From the human T2T-CHM13v2.0 reference genome, Homo sapiens, in NCBI RefSeq assembly GCF_009914755.1, contig NC_060929.1: a stretch of 64,000 nucleotides of DNA; one strand, written 5' to 3'. Within the stretch, counting starts at the first letter, position 1; the number at the start of each line of letters is the position of its first letter. Positions 39,706 to 54,690 of this stretch are shown here, piece by piece. The translations under genes were made by a program, and so were the position numbers. Below the pieces are notes generated by a model, which saw only the letters and a program-made list of their open reading frames with translations, made no database searches and had not been told where the DNA came from.

Positions 39706-42700
39706 AGTTAGAATTAAAATGCCTTTGTTAACTACCCAGAAGTGGAAGGCAGTCATTTCTTCCCTGGGAGATTGGCTTCTTTGTTATTTTTAGCTTCTGA
39801 ACACTTAAACGTATTTCTTTCATTTTTACTAACCCAGGCCATTAAGACAAAATGTGTATAAGGTAGTTTTTTGTTTTGTTTTGTTTTGCAGCACAACTGT
39901 TGGTATGCCCATTAGTGTCCAGTGGAAACTTTCACTTTCAGATGTGGAGGCCGTCTTCATGACCACATGGTTCTGAGTTGACCTCCTTGATGGTGCCTGA
40001 GTTGATCCTTGGAAATCAGCTACGTCCTAGTAGCTGACCACGAGGCAGCACTCTGCCTAGGAGGCACTAGACCAGCGTTATAAGTAGTGTGCCACACAGT
40101 ATCTAGCCATTAACAGAATAGCAATGCTCCATCTTTGCTAGAGGACCACTTGGGAGAAACATATTATCCTTAGCCATTAAGTACAGACACAAAGAGGTGG
40201 TCCCCAGAGGGCTCCAGGACAAGTTGGAAAAGCCTTTGCTGAAGACAGAACCAGCTGCACTGAAAACCTGTTTTGCTAAATTTAGTGCACTTTGGACCTT
40301 CCTTTTAACTTCAGAGTTACCTCTCTAGACGCTGGTCAGTCCAACAATGTTTATTTAGTGACATGAGGCTGAGAAGATGAATATCCTCACGCTCAGTTAT
40401 TTACATAAAGCTAAGTAGCAAAGCCTGTAATGTTATAATCAGGTACCTATCTGCAAGACAGTTTTGAATGACACAGGGTATGAAAAACATTTACTCTAGT
40501 TTACACTGTTTTTGAATACTGTTTAGTCTCTATGGTGAAAATATTAATACTTTTTAATGATGTATGTGATCAAACTTTTATTTGATTGGCTTCTTATGGC
40601 ACAACTCTTACAAAAAGATGGGATGTCATCATGTGCATTCTCTGCCTTTGAGCCTCTGATGATTCCAGTCATCTCAGAAAGATAGGGCTCTGCCCTCTTG
40701 CTTCTGATTTGCTGGCAATAGACCTTCAACTAATAGTATATCTGCTCAGCTGAAGATGGAGTGCTAATCTAGGGGGACTCGAAATGGCTCTGTCATTTTC
40801 TAGATGACAGCTCCTATTTTCCACTGGCTTCTGGCACATGCGCTATCATCCATCTATGTCAAGAAGACACTTGCTTATCTGGTTGCTAGAAATGCTTTTG
40901 TTAAAAACACGTAACTGCAGTTCATCAGTCTTGTGAGGAAGTTGTTGATTTTGCTAAACTAAGTTTAAACTCCACTGTGGTTTTCTGATATGACATCTAT
41001 TTTTATTGGATATTGTCATGATTATTTATAGTGTCTTAGAAGCATACTAGAATTTTTTTTTTAATGGCAATTTAGTCAGCTGATTGAATGGTGCAAAACA
41101 AAAGTTTCAGGACCAGGTACGCCCATATCAGATTTGATTCTTCATTTTTTGGCAACCATTAATTAAGAAATCACTGGCTAAAGAAGAGATAGAAGTTGAA
41201 TTAGGACCATAAAAAATCAAAATTCAATGCAAATAATGTATGTCTCACAACAAACAATGGCAAGTATTTAAAAATAAAACCAGTCATCTAGTTGTAACTT
41301 ATGAAATACTATCAAACACCAAAGAATATCATCTGAAAATATTCTTGATCAATTTGTAGAAGTAAAATTTCTATTTACACTGGAAAATATTTCCTTTTCT
41401 GGTTTTCTTTTTGTTTTGACCAGTCTGCTCTCATTCTTCTGGTTTGATTAAGACTTGATCAGTCAGAACTTGTGCAAACCCTGTCTGACTGATCCCAACT
41501 AGCCCTAAGTATTCAGGAAGCGGCTGAAGAGTTCCCGTTCAGGACAACCAGCTAATATTGGCTCAAATCCTTTTGTCAAATATTAACTCACAGCCAATAA
41601 GGTCGTTAACAGTGCCCAAGGCAAGGACATGCCTCCTAATCTTTGAAGCGCAGTACCCAAATGTCAAAACCAAGTGCTGTTTCCAGCTGTCCTTTCTCAT
41701 ACTTGCCTGTCTGAAATATACCCTTGTGTTCTTTTCTCTTTCCTTCTTTTTCTTCATACAAATACAAACTCACAACCCTTTCTACTAGCTGCTGGGTCTA
41801 TCATGTGGCCTTTTCATAACATGGATTGGGGAGTACCAGATAGGGCACATTTTGTGGCAGCCATCTACTTTCTTTCAGCCTTTTAAAAACAATGGCTATG
41901 ACTATTACCAGAGAGATGGTTGGTAAGAGCTGCTTTGAGATTTGCTGCACCTCTGAAGCCTGTGTCTGATGGAGGAGAAACGAAGCCAGGAGCTGAAGCT
42001 AGTACAATAAAGCTTTCCTGAGAGGTTTTGTGGATGGGAAGTTATGACTCCTGGGCGTGGAAACAGCCCCAGAACTCTGTTCTTGGGTCCATTTTCTTTA
42101 CTTTTCACTTAAACTGATGAAAGGGACACCGATGAAAGGATAAGGGCCTGAACGTTTTTAACATCTGAAATATGTGCATAACATTGGATGTGTAAATAAA
42201 TTTAAAAAGTGAGCACAGCAATTAAACTGAAAAACGATGAGGCATCTCTCATAAACAGAAGCTCTGTATTTCTTGAAAGGAAAAATATATCGAAAAATGA
42301 AGACAGAGAAAACAGAAAATCTGGAATTTATTTTCTTTTTAGCACAACAAGACCATGTTGGAATAGATTTGTCTAAAATGGGTAATGACATCAATTTTGT
42401 GATAAATAATTATATTTCTAATAAGAAAAAAGTGCTTCTAATTAGTTATATTGATATTCAAGTAATTGTAAATTAAGGGAAAAATATTTGATATTAAGTT
42501 ATTTGCTTTTTAAAAGAAACTTGCAGAAAAGATGCTCATTTTTAAAAAACCAAATTTTATGTTGATTATTTTGCAACTTTATGAGCACATATACACCCAA
42601 ATATTTTTAAAAGCATAGCAAGTGCTTCGTTTTCTCCTCGCATCTCTGACTCTTCTAAAAATAGATGAATCCATTCCTATAAAGCAGAACAAAACCAAAT

Positions 42701-44107
42701 AAAATGCATATGAACTTCAGCCCCATAAATTTGAGCAAAACTTTCAAACAATGGATACTTTGGGTATTTTATACTAATCCTATTTAACTATTTTTTCATG
42801 TCATTTCTTCAGCTATATACATCAGTAAGAAATTAACTGCCTCTAAAAATTTGACAGTTATATCCTAGATTTTCAGAGTGGTATAGGTCAATATTTTCAA
42901 TTTAAAAAATTTATCTTACAATTTATGCCTTTATAAGGGAGTGATAACAATGTTTTACTTATGCAGCTGTGACATATTGAATGAGGAAAGAGCTTTGCCA
43001 TCTGCAGGTGAGGGCTAATACCTAGCATATGTCAAACGTGCTGGCAGTGGTATTCCAACTGTATTCTGACAACAGAATCAGAAGAAATAGTGTTAAGCTG
43101 AGGAGAAAAGATTTGGGGCAAGGAACAGTTTTCCAGATGAGGAGTTAAGAAACATTGCTTACTATAATAAGACAATTTTAATTCTTTTTTAAGCACCACC
43201 ATGGGGTGACCTCCAGAGACCAGCTTTTACAGAGAGGCTTGACACTCAGTTGCATTTTTCCCTGTAAGTAAGAAGCAAATTAGGTTACCTGTCCATCCAG
43301 GGTGCATGGAGAAAAAGACAGAGCTGGAAGAGAGATTGCTGACCTAGTGTTTCAGTCTACAGAGAAGGAAATCCACACCTCTCTAGCATTTATCATTAGC
43401 CAGTTGACAAGTTCAATGCAATGCTGAACTCATCCTAGGTTTCCTAGCTTTTAGTAGACCTACTGTTATTTAGAAAAACTCTTTTTTTAAAAAATAAAAG
43501 AACTTATAAAGTAAAATAGTAGACGCTACAAAATCTAATAGTTCATACTTAGAATATGCAGGATTATTTGAAAAATGGAGAAATATCAAATAACAAAAAA
43601 AAAGAGGAAAATATTTTGATAATGCCCTTTATGTAAGCTACAAGTTAGAGCATCCTACCTAGAAATGTAAAGACCCAGGGGAAGTGAATAAACAAAACCC
43701 ACATAAATATGGGATGAGAGTGGGGAATAAATACTATGCATTTTTATTATTTTAAGTTCTGTGCCAAATAGAATTCAGTACATACAGCAAACTAACAAAG
43801 TACCATCAAATGCCAGTGGTAGAAGTACAATCAAATATCAATGGTCACTTCCTAGCAATGTGTCTTTGGGCAAGTAACAAGTGCTCTAAACTCCAGCTTT
43901 CCTCTCTGTAAAACTTGAGTCATGTTTACCTCCCAGAGCTATTGTGATGATGCCACACCAGGTGACCTAGTGCACCTGTAGCCAGTGCCCCCACGCCTCC
44001 CCAGTGCTTTGTGGCCATACCCCCAGGTACTCCAGAAGGGCCATGCAGCCAGCGTCCAGGAAAATAAATTACAAGGCATTTCTCACTTTAGGAAAATCCC
44101 ATGTTTA

Positions 44108-44446
<339 letters not shown>

Positions 44447-45289
44447 GAAAAACTGCATCAAAATATATACTTTGAGCTCACTTGCCGTGAGTTTTTGTTT
44501 GCTTGAGCTCCTGTTCCTTTCTCCTCAGATAGGAGGTGTCCTAGTTGGAATATGTTGTCATTCATTTCATGTTGTATTGCCTATTTTTTCCATATTTGGT
44601 AGGCAGCAAATGCCTATCATGGAGTTAAAAATTTACTGCCATCCTCCCAAGTAATGTAAGTAGGGGACTGTTGAAAGTCACAGGAGAGGAACATGTACTC
44701 ACCTGGGATTGTCTAGTGAGGCTAAGCACCACAGATTTTAAAGTTTTGAGTTTTAAGAATATATTGTTTAGGGTAAGCCTAAGTTGATATTTTTCATAGC
44801 CAACGCTAGATACTTAGGAGCCTTTTGGTGAAAAGTAGCTAGTATTTTAATTATTATTACTTTTTTTCCAGCCAGGCTTTTTTTTTTCCTACTTGATTTA
44901 AGCTTGCCTAGGGAAGCTGGCCCTGCCATGTCTTCCAAGGAAAATTTGGATCTGGCTAACTCAGCAAGATATTGCCAGTGTTCTGTTCCCTCCACACACA
45001 CACAAGATTCTGCCCCTGCTAGACCTGTGCCTGCCACAGTGGACCACCCATTCTTCCCTGTGTAATTCTCTGCATATAACCTCCTTTGTATAGATTTTTT
45101 GTCATTTGCATATGCTAAAAATGTATGTTCCTAGGCATGGAAAGGTTTCTCAGGCACATATTGAGCTCATATTCTCATGCTGGCTGAACATAAAGCATCC
45201 CTCCCAAGCAGTTTGGTTATAATTCAGTCCTCTGAATCAACATCAGGCCTGATGTGAGTTGTGTACTTCATTGTTATACTCAGTTAAAT

Positions 45290-46207
45290 GTCATCAAACA
45301 CCCAACTTGGCAAACTTGCCAAACTCACTAATTTACCAAAAGTTACTTTTTTTTTTTTTTTTTTTTTTTTTACCTATTTACAAAGTTTTAGGCAATTCTT
45401 ATGGAAAAAAATGGTTTTAACAATTTTTGAAGATTTCTGTGAAATTATATTTGGCTATGATGAAGTTTTAGTGTAGTTTGATTTCGGTGGCAAACATTTT
45501 ACTGTGGTCAGGCAAAGTTTATTAATGTCTGGATTTTTCTGTACTTTCTGTCTCAGGCTTTTGGAAATGCCTATTTGTAGTGTGTTTTGAATTACAAGTA
45601 TGCATATCTTGATGTCAAGAATTTTATAAACAATTGAGGGGATTTTGTTAAAACATATACAATATTCTGTTGCCTTTTTACCACTTAGAATTCACAGATT
45701 TTTTTTTTTTTTTTTTTTTTTTGGTCTGGCTCAATTCAAGGAATGTTTTTCATGTGTTTCAAAAGTTTGAGAAGTGCCTAATGTCTGAGATGTGAACCAT
45801 GCACAAAGTTGACATCCGACTTTGAGAGACTAACAAATTTATTGTTTAATTAACTGGATAAAATGGCTACAAGTGAAAGAAAAACTTACATTAAATCTAA
45901 AACTAAGGACAAGCTAAAATAAACTAAAAATTCAAAACAAAGCCTTAAAGACTGTTGAAATTTCCCAAACAACTTTGCTATAAACTTTAAGTAGATAACA
46001 AGTATTTGGGAAATCTGTAATTTGGCTATTTTTTTTCTTTTGGTCAATAGACTTTCAGCAAAAAGGCCTTGGATGAATTGATTTTTGGTGAACTGGTTTC
46101 TGAAAAATAAGCTTTTGGTAAATGTGTGAATTTGAAAAATTTGGCAAGTTGGTCATTTAGTCAATTGGCTTTTAGAAAATTGATTTTTCAAGGAATTAGT
46201 TTCTTCC
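45290..46207. mobile_element. Decayed foldback/long-TIR element (possibly MamRep605)
   Basis: 45296-45342 is an inverted copy of 46112-46158 (37/47 identical); further inverted blocks lie inside; ~15-bp periodic TTTTGG..AATT subrepeats. Confidence 0.6.
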
Positions 46208-47764
46208 ACAATTTCCCAGAAAAGATAAATGGAACAAAACCAAGATGGTGTATGGGAATATGAATGAGGGGTACAATAAGACATCAAGTATATATTTTTT
46301 CTGGGGTCTAAGAGTTGTATATTGACTAAAGTTGAGGACAAAAGCCTTAATTTCCACAACTTATAAAGAACTACAAGCTATTGAGCTTATTAGAGAGCAT
46401 AACAAAATCAAAACTAGTCCTACCAAAAACTCCTTTCTTACCCTCCCATATGCCAAGAGTAATAGGGCACAGTCTGGGTGCTGTTTGGAGTTCAGCATTC
46501 TTGGAGAAAGGCTGCTCCCTTCCCAAAGCCAAGGGGAGGGGCTACAAGAGAATCACTCTTAAATATTGACACTGTACACAAGAAAGGAAGACTGACATTT
46601 GTTTCCCCTTTGAAAGTCTTCTAGGTCTTTTTGGCCTTTGACCTTGCTGACTCAGTCCTGTGCCATTTGGTTGAAAAAGAATTAAAGAGAGACAGTGTGA
46701 AGGACAGACATTGGAATGGGCTTAGCACATTCCCTGAGGTAAGAATGATAGCACCTGCTCATGCCAGCAGGTCCTAGAATTGGCCGTGTTGTGAAGATGA
46801 GATCAGAGGCCACCATGCTGATTGGCTCACTGGCATGCAGGGAGCAAAGATGTAGACACATTGGAGGAACGTAGCAAGTACAGCACCTGCTTGGAGTCCA
46901 GTGGGGGGGCTGACTGAATCTCACAAAAGACCATTACTGTTTAGTGTTGGGCTCTCCATCCATTCTTATTGAACCCATAGATACCAGCGGTTGCCACCAA
47001 CTAAGGAGAGGACTGTACTCTTGCCCAGCTTAATAAAGAGATGTTTGTGTTTTCCCTTGTTCTCCCCCTGAGCCTAGCACACTTATAAAGCTCATTATTA
47101 AAGGGAAGAATGAGAGTGAGGAGTAGATGCCTCCATATCTCCCACCCCTCCTCTAAGCTTCTGGAACTACCGATCCATGCGTCAATGATGGTGAACAGGT
47201 GATGAACCCTGCCTGGAGTCGGAGATGTTAAAAATGAACAAAATTGAACCTTACATAGAAAATAACATTATTTTTGTAATGAATAATCAGGAAAGTCATG
47301 GAAGTCTTATATAAAAAGGGTTTTTCAATGGGGGGGACAGTTAATAAAAGAAACCAAAACCTTTTAGGTTTAAACTCCAGTAAATTGAACTCTCCAATAA
47401 TCAGATTATGGAAGTCCATGTAATCAGTCAACTCAAAATTGATAGAACCAGAATTAAAGTGTCTCAAAGGGGATGGAGAAAAGGGACTGGGCTCAAAAGA
47501 AACTTAGGGGTTAAGATTTGCAAGATTCGGCAACAGAGTGGATATGGAAAGTGAGAGAGTAGGGTGACTTGTAGGTTTCTAATTTGGGTGCCTAGTATTG
47601 AAGTTAACAGAGATGGGGAATACAGGTGGAGTAGAAGAGGATAAGAGACATGTAGGATTGGAGTTTGAAGTGCTTGTGGAGAATCCTGGAGGAGATGGTC
47701 AGAAGGGAGAGTGAATGGATGTTTTTTCTCCCCAATCACACTTAAAGGTATAGTTAGGAAAATC

Positions 47765-47998
47765 ACACATATATGCAGGCATACAAATGTATAGTATTAT
47801 ATACATATCTACACACACATGCATGTATACATATATATATACATCATGCATGTATACAGATATATACACATCATACAAAAATAAATGTGTATAATGCACA
47901 TTTGTGTTATATATTATGTATACCTATATAATACATATATATAAATTTATATGTGTATATATGTATTATATATGTAATAGATATAATATGTATACAAA
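47765..47998. repeat. (TA)/(TACA)-rich low-complexity tract
   Basis: Direct reading. Confidence 0.9.
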
Positions 47999-48069
47999 AC
48001 AACATGAAGATTTAAGAAGTATATAAGCACTTGTAAATTATAAGGTACAAATGGATGTGTAGGTGTTTA

Positions 48070-48411
<342 letters not shown>

Positions 48412-49149
48412 TTAAGAGTGGGATGTTCCTAATCAGGGAAGATATTGTAAAAGATATATCCATTTTGAATATCGTTTTCTAATTTGTTGAAAGTCCCTCT
48501 TTTACTATGACTTTCCCCTTCAATTTAAAGATAAAGAATTTACACTGTTTTATCTTTAAAAATGTTACATTTTTCCATTTAGAAGACTAATACCTACTCA
48601 CAGTAGAAAATTTGGAAAAATATAGGCAAGAATGATGATGTTACTTTCCATTATAGAGACATTTTATTGTGTCTGCTTGAGTAAAAATGTCACTTTTTAT
48701 CCAGATTATAAGATTCAAAACTGGTTGAAATGAGCTAGGGAAGTTGCTGATTTTTGCAGAACATTCCAAGTATAGAGTAATATCAGTTTGTGAGTATGCA
48801 GTGTGAGTGTCCGTGTGCTGAAGGTGGTGTTGGCGGCAGTAAGTTACATCAAGTTAATAATGACAGTTTTTGTGTTGCTAACATGAAAATAGAAAGTGTG
48901 AGTATGTCCCAGATACATGACAGCGTATTATTTTTGTTCAATGGAAACAGATGTTGTGAAGAAATTGAATCAGAAGTAATTTTGATGGAAATATTTTTAC
49001 TATGTTATACACTGTGTAAGATGCAAATTCCTTTTCTTTTTAGCTGTAACCTCAACTCCTCTGGGGAAATACAAATGAAATATATATATTTTGAAACAAT
49101 AAATAATCTAAAAACAGGAAAGTAAAATTTAGTGATAAAAATCTGGCAT

Positions 49150-50608
49150 CCATCTACATAACTGTAGTCAACTGATCTTTGACAAAGAAAAAAAGGCAAT
49201 ATAATGGGGCAAAGAAAGTCTTTTCATAAAAATGATATTGGAGCAACTGGATATTCGAATGCAAAAAAGAATGTAGAAATAGACCTTATACCATTCACAA
49301 AAATTAACTAAAAATGGATCATAGACCTGAATATAAAATGCAAAATTATAAAAATCCTGGAGTAGAAAACAGGAGAAAACCTAAATAGCTTTGGGTACGG
49401 TAATGACTTTTTAGATATAACACCATTAGTGTGATACATTAAAGAAAGAATTGATAAGCTGGACTTCATTAAAATGGAAACTTCTGTTCTATAAAAGAAA
49501 AAATGTCAAGAGAATGAAAAGACAAGCTACAGACAGGGAGAAAATATTTGCCAAAGACACATCCGATAAAGAGCTGTTATCCAAAATACACAAAGATCTC
49601 TGAAAACTAAACAACAAATTAAAAATAACCCAATTGAAAATGGACTAATGACCTTAACAGGCACCTTCTGAAGAAAGATATGCAGATAGCACATAAGAAT
49701 ATGAAAGATGCTCTACATCATATGTCGTCAGGGGAATGCAAATTAAAACAACAATGAAATGCTACCACATAACTGTTAGAATGTCCAAAATGCAGAACAC
49801 TGGCAAAGCCAAATGCTGGCAAGGATGAGGAACATCGGGAGCTCTCATTCACTGATGGTGGAAATGCAAAATGGTAGAGCCGCTTTGGAAAATAGTTTGG
49901 TAGTTTCTTAAAAAAATAAATATGTGTATGTAAAACCATATGATTTGGCAATCTCACTCCTTGGTATTTACCCAGGGGAGTTGGAAACTTTATGCTTATA
50001 CAAAAACCTGCAAATAGATGGATACAGCTGCTTTATTTGTAAAACCATTGAGGCAATTAAGATGTCCTGCAGTAGGTGAAAGGATAAACTGTGTTACTTC
50101 CAGACAATTGAATATTATTTGGCACACAAAAGAAATGAGCTATCAAGCCATGAAAAGACATGGAGGATAATACTAAATGAAAGATGCCAATCTGAAAGGC
50201 TAGGTATTGTATGATTCTAACTATATAACATTCTGGAAAAGGCGAAACTATGGAGACAGTGAAAGGATCAGTGGTTGCCAGAGGTTGGGGGGGGAGGGAA
50301 TGAATAGGTGGGGCACAAAGGATTTTTAGGGCAGTGAAAATACTCTGAATGATACTACAATGATAGATACATGTCATTCTACATTTGTCCAAATACATAG
50401 AATGTAGGGCACGGTGATGTAAACTATAAATTTTGGGTGCTAGTGATGTGTCAATATAGATTCATAAATTAACAAATTTACCCTCTGGTGGAGGATATTG
50501 ATAATGGGGGAGGCTATGCATGTTTAGAGGGAAGGGGATATGGGAAATCTCTGTACCTTCTCAATTTTGCTGTGAATGTAAAACTTCTAGAAAAAAATTA
50601 AGTCTTAA
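49150..50608 (+). mobile_element. 5'-truncated L1MC
   Basis: Degenerate ORF2 3' end and 3' UTR; TSD AAAAATCTGGCAT at 49137-49149 and 50609-50621. Confidence 0.9.
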
Positions 50609-51036
50609 AAAAATCTGGCATTCTGGGTACTTTCTACATAAGCCATTTTATTCCATTTACATTGTTTCCTTCCTCACTCAATGTCTGGAACACAAAAATG
50701 AAGGTAGAACCAGCCAAGAGTAAACTAAAGCGACAGTAGAATCTTAGGTTGTTGTGAAACTGTGTTTTTTCCTTCCTTCTAATATCTTCTGTAAAATTTC
50801 CAGGAGACTTACTGTTTTCACTTTTCTCATTTCGGGATATTTAGACAAATACAGACTCTACCTATAATATTTTCTTCCTCATTATTTAGTCATTACTTTT
50901 TCAAAGTTTTCAAGTCTTAAGCCCTCATGCTTGGCAATTCAATGTAGTTTAAATCAATTCAATAATATATCATTCATGTCTCAGTCAGAAAAGCAGAATC
51001 ATTTTGATGAATGTTATATACTGTATATGAATCTCT

Positions 51037-51072
51037 TATCTATCTATCATCTATCTATCTATCTATCTATCT
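51037..51072. repeat. (TATC)n tetranucleotide STR
   Basis: Direct reading. Confidence 0.93.
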
Positions 51073-51376
51073 GATGTTTTAGTTTTTTTTGTTTAAATCT
51101 TAAACTAATTCACTGTTCATTTTGGTCTTGGGAGTGGCAAAGGTAGGAATCCAGCTTTAAAATACTAAGTTTTAAACATTAATATTTCAATTTCCTCTTC
51201 CACTTATTATAAGATTCAATAGTTTACAGGGTATTCTGAAAATTACATTCTGAATGAGAACTTTGCGGCTTTCCATTGATCTGTGATAATCTCTCTCAGT
51301 TGCAGCTTCACCTTCTATTTCTTTTTATACAAAAAGGTACATGTTATTCATCTCTTAATGTCTTTTCACTTTTACC

Positions 51377-51783
51377 TGTCTTAGATAAGCTTCCTGGAAG
51401 TAGACTGTGAGTGGAGAGTTGCCTACAGAAAGTTTATTGAGTTCTTTTATGAAATATACCTATAATGAAGTGAATAAGCAAACATAGAAAAAGCAGTTGC
51501 AATTGAGGTCTCAGGCATTCCTTTGGGGACCCCTGGAATTGAGATATCCTTTCAGAATCATCCAAATTGAGGCAAGAAGCTTGGCCCTTTAAGAGGCATA
51601 TCAGCCAATCAATGTTCCTTGAGGGGAGGTGTAATCTTGAGTGAGGCAGCTCCCTGTGGTGAGACACAATTTCCAGTAAGGGTCTCAGCTGTGGTCCATC
51701 AGCAAATGATATTCCCAGCAGCTGAGGGATTTATGGTTGTCTCTGAAAGGTGCTCTAGGTGGGACACGACAGTATCCACTACA
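51377..51783 (-). mobile_element. Old ERVL LTR (LTR33/LTR16-like)
   Basis: TGTCTTAGATAAGCTTCCTGGAAGTAGACTGTGAG...GTTTATTG...CCACTACA. Confidence 0.6.
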
Positions 51784-52754
51784 CTGCCAGACAGAAAGCA
51801 GTCGTTCATTAATTTTATCGTCATTCTTATTCTTTGTCCTGACGTAATTCCACTTTAGAACTCCCATTCTTGTTGGATTTTAATATTGTAATAGGAATTT
51901 ATGCAACCAATAGTTATTTTTGGCTATGTTAAGGTTAGCTGTCAGTTTCAAAGTTTTTTCTTCATCTCTCTTTGTGCATGTATGAAGAAAGCAAAAATGA
52001 ATTTGAATATTTTATTTTCTCTGTCTATAGATAAGTATACATCTCAAATAAATTAATCTGGAATGAAGAATAAGAGGCCAAAGGAAGGTCAGTTTCTGGA
52101 AATTTGTCAGATTTCCCTGTAAGATAATTTATGCATATATTGAGTATCTTCCATGGAGCAGTCAGGTGCTTGATGAGGTGGTATAAGGCAAGGACACTCT
52201 CCCTAAGGAGCCTGAAATTGCGTTAGAATGTAAAACAGAACTTGCTCAGCTGTATGTGACAGAAAACCAAACCAAATTGGCTAGGCAAAATATCTATTGA
52301 CTAATTTAACTAAAAAGTCTATGGCTGGCTGGATTCAGGGATTCGAATAATATCACCTGGATCTAGTATCTCTTCCTCTCCCTACTTGGCTTTTATCTAT
52401 GTCAGGTCTAAACCTCAGACAAGCCCTCCCATGATGACCGAGGTTTCTGCCAGGCTTGCTTCCTCAACCATGAAAAATTCAAGATGCAGGGCTCCTTTTC
52501 ACAAACAATTTCTAGACAACATCTGGGTCTGACTCTCATTGAGTAAATAATAGAACACGATGATTAATTGCCTTAAGACTCATGCTCAACAGTGAAGCAT
52601 GTGATGCATCTGCATGGCCTGAGAGTCAGAAAAGAGTGATTTTATTAATGGAAATTGGGGCATGATTGCCGAAAGAGAAGAATTGGATGCCAGGTAACAA
52701 AAAGAACAAATCGCTTCTAAAAAGATCCAGGCTATATATTTACATTTTCTTTTG

Positions 52755-54690
52755 ATTAGTATTGATTGAATATCCCGGGAAGTGTATTAGATGCTGCAAC
52801 ACTGAGGTGAACAAGGTAAAGTGCCTGTTCTCATAGAGCTTGTATTCTAGTGTGCTAGAAACAGAAAATAGATAAATAGAAAAAGTGTTGTGTCAGCTAT
52901 CAATTTATTATTTCTTTGAATCCTTATTTTTTTGTCCTGCTTTAAATACTGGAGCTGGATCCTATGAATACTTCTCTTTTGTCCATTGGCAGAATGTTAA
53001 GTTTCAAAAGGAGTCACAAGGCCAGGCAGTAGTGGCAGGAAGATACTTCCTTTCAAAGATCTGATCTGCTGCGCTTCCTCTCTAAATATTAAAGGTGAAG
53101 GACCAGATCCTTGAAAGGAAGTGTCCACAGGTTACATTTATTTTTTCTATTTCTCCTTAATCCAGCTTGAGTAGGACTTTCACTTATAGTATAATAAAAT
53201 TTAATAAATGCTTGTGAGTAAAGTAGAAACTCTGCTAGGCATGGGGGATGTAGAAGAGAAGACCTATGGTCTCAGTTTATATAATCTTCTAGTGGGGAAG
53301 GTAGATAATATTTGCATGATTAATGTAATTTCAGATAGTAATAAATGCTTTGAAAAAATTTAGAAAGGTTATTGGAGAAGGAAGTATATATATGTGTGCA
53401 TGTGTAAGTGTGTAGAGACAACTTTATTTAGAATGTCAAAGAAAGTCTCTAAGGAATTGACATTGAGATGAGATCTGGGTTGTCAGGAAGCCAGCCATGT
53501 GAAAATCTGGGGCATGAGTTTCCCAGTAGGAGAAAATACATGTACAAATTCTCTGAAATCCAAATGAGCTTGTGTTCAAGTCTGTAAAGAAGGTCACAGT
53601 GAACAAAATTGGTGGGCTAAGCATGATCCGTTCATGTAGGATCTCTTAGAACTTGCCGAGTAGTTTTGATTTTATTATAATGGTATTAGGAAACCATTGG
53701 TGGCTTTATAGCACAAGTATAAAAGTTATTTGAGTTATATTCCAAAGCAATACTTTTGTATGGACTGTTATAGCAAGAATGGGCAGCTGTGGGATAAGAG
53801 GAGAAGCGATAGGGAAACCAGGTAAAAGTGTATTAATCCACGTGAGATGTTCCTGCTTGGACTAAGGTGGTTATGGTGAAGATAGGGGAAGTGGTTGGAA
53901 GCAGGAAATGTTCTCAGGCAGAGCAAGCAGGACCCCCTGATGGATTGGATATACGAGTGGAGGGTGGGAGAGATGAAGAGTGAGTATAACCAACTGGATG
54001 AATAGTAGTGCCAGTAAAAGAGATGGAGAAGATCTGTCAAAGACAAGGTTGGCAGTATGGAGGATGGGATGAGTGGACAGATGTCACAATTTTAATATTG
54101 GACATACTAAGTTTGAACTGTCTCTTATTTATAAAAGAGCAGATTCTGAGTGGATATTGGGCTTGCCAATACAGAGCTTGGAAAAGTGATCTGGACTGGA
54201 GATGTGAATGTATATTCTATTTGAAGCTGTGAAATATGATGGAATCTCCCAAGGGGCAGGGATAGATATAGAATAGGGGTAAGGACAGAGCCCTTCAATA
54301 TGCCAACATTTAGAATCAGGCAGGAAAAGAGGAATCACAGGAAGGGATAGAAGTCGTCATTATTCAGGTGATATAAAATCTAGGCAATTGTGATATTAAG
54401 GGAGTTAAGAAAAGAAAGTATTTCACAAGGAAATAATGTGCTCAGTCATGTCCATGGAGGACTAGCTACTGAGAGTCTAGCAAGATGAGAACTTAATTAA
54501 ATATTGGTTTTCTAAGTTGACCTTGAAAAGAGCAGTTACAATGGAGTGGTGGTAGAAACAGGAGCTTACTAGTGGTGGGCTGAAGAGAGGTGGAGAAATC
54601 AGGACTTAGAGACAGGGTGTGGACAATTCTTTCAAAGGAGCAGAGAAAACAGAGCAGTCATTAGAAGGGAATATGGAGTCAAGGAAAAGT
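52755..54690 (-). mobile_element. Fragmented L2 element(s) with small interruptions
   Basis: L2-like motifs: GTTCTCATAGAGCTTGTATTCTAG, GGACATACTAAGTTTGA, TGACCTTGAAAAGAGCAGTTACAATGGAGTGGTGG. Confidence 0.7.

Noticed and set aside
49150-50608. Possible L1 ORF2 coding remnant
   Set aside because: Riddled with stops and frameshifts; no plus-strand ORF2 ORF in the track
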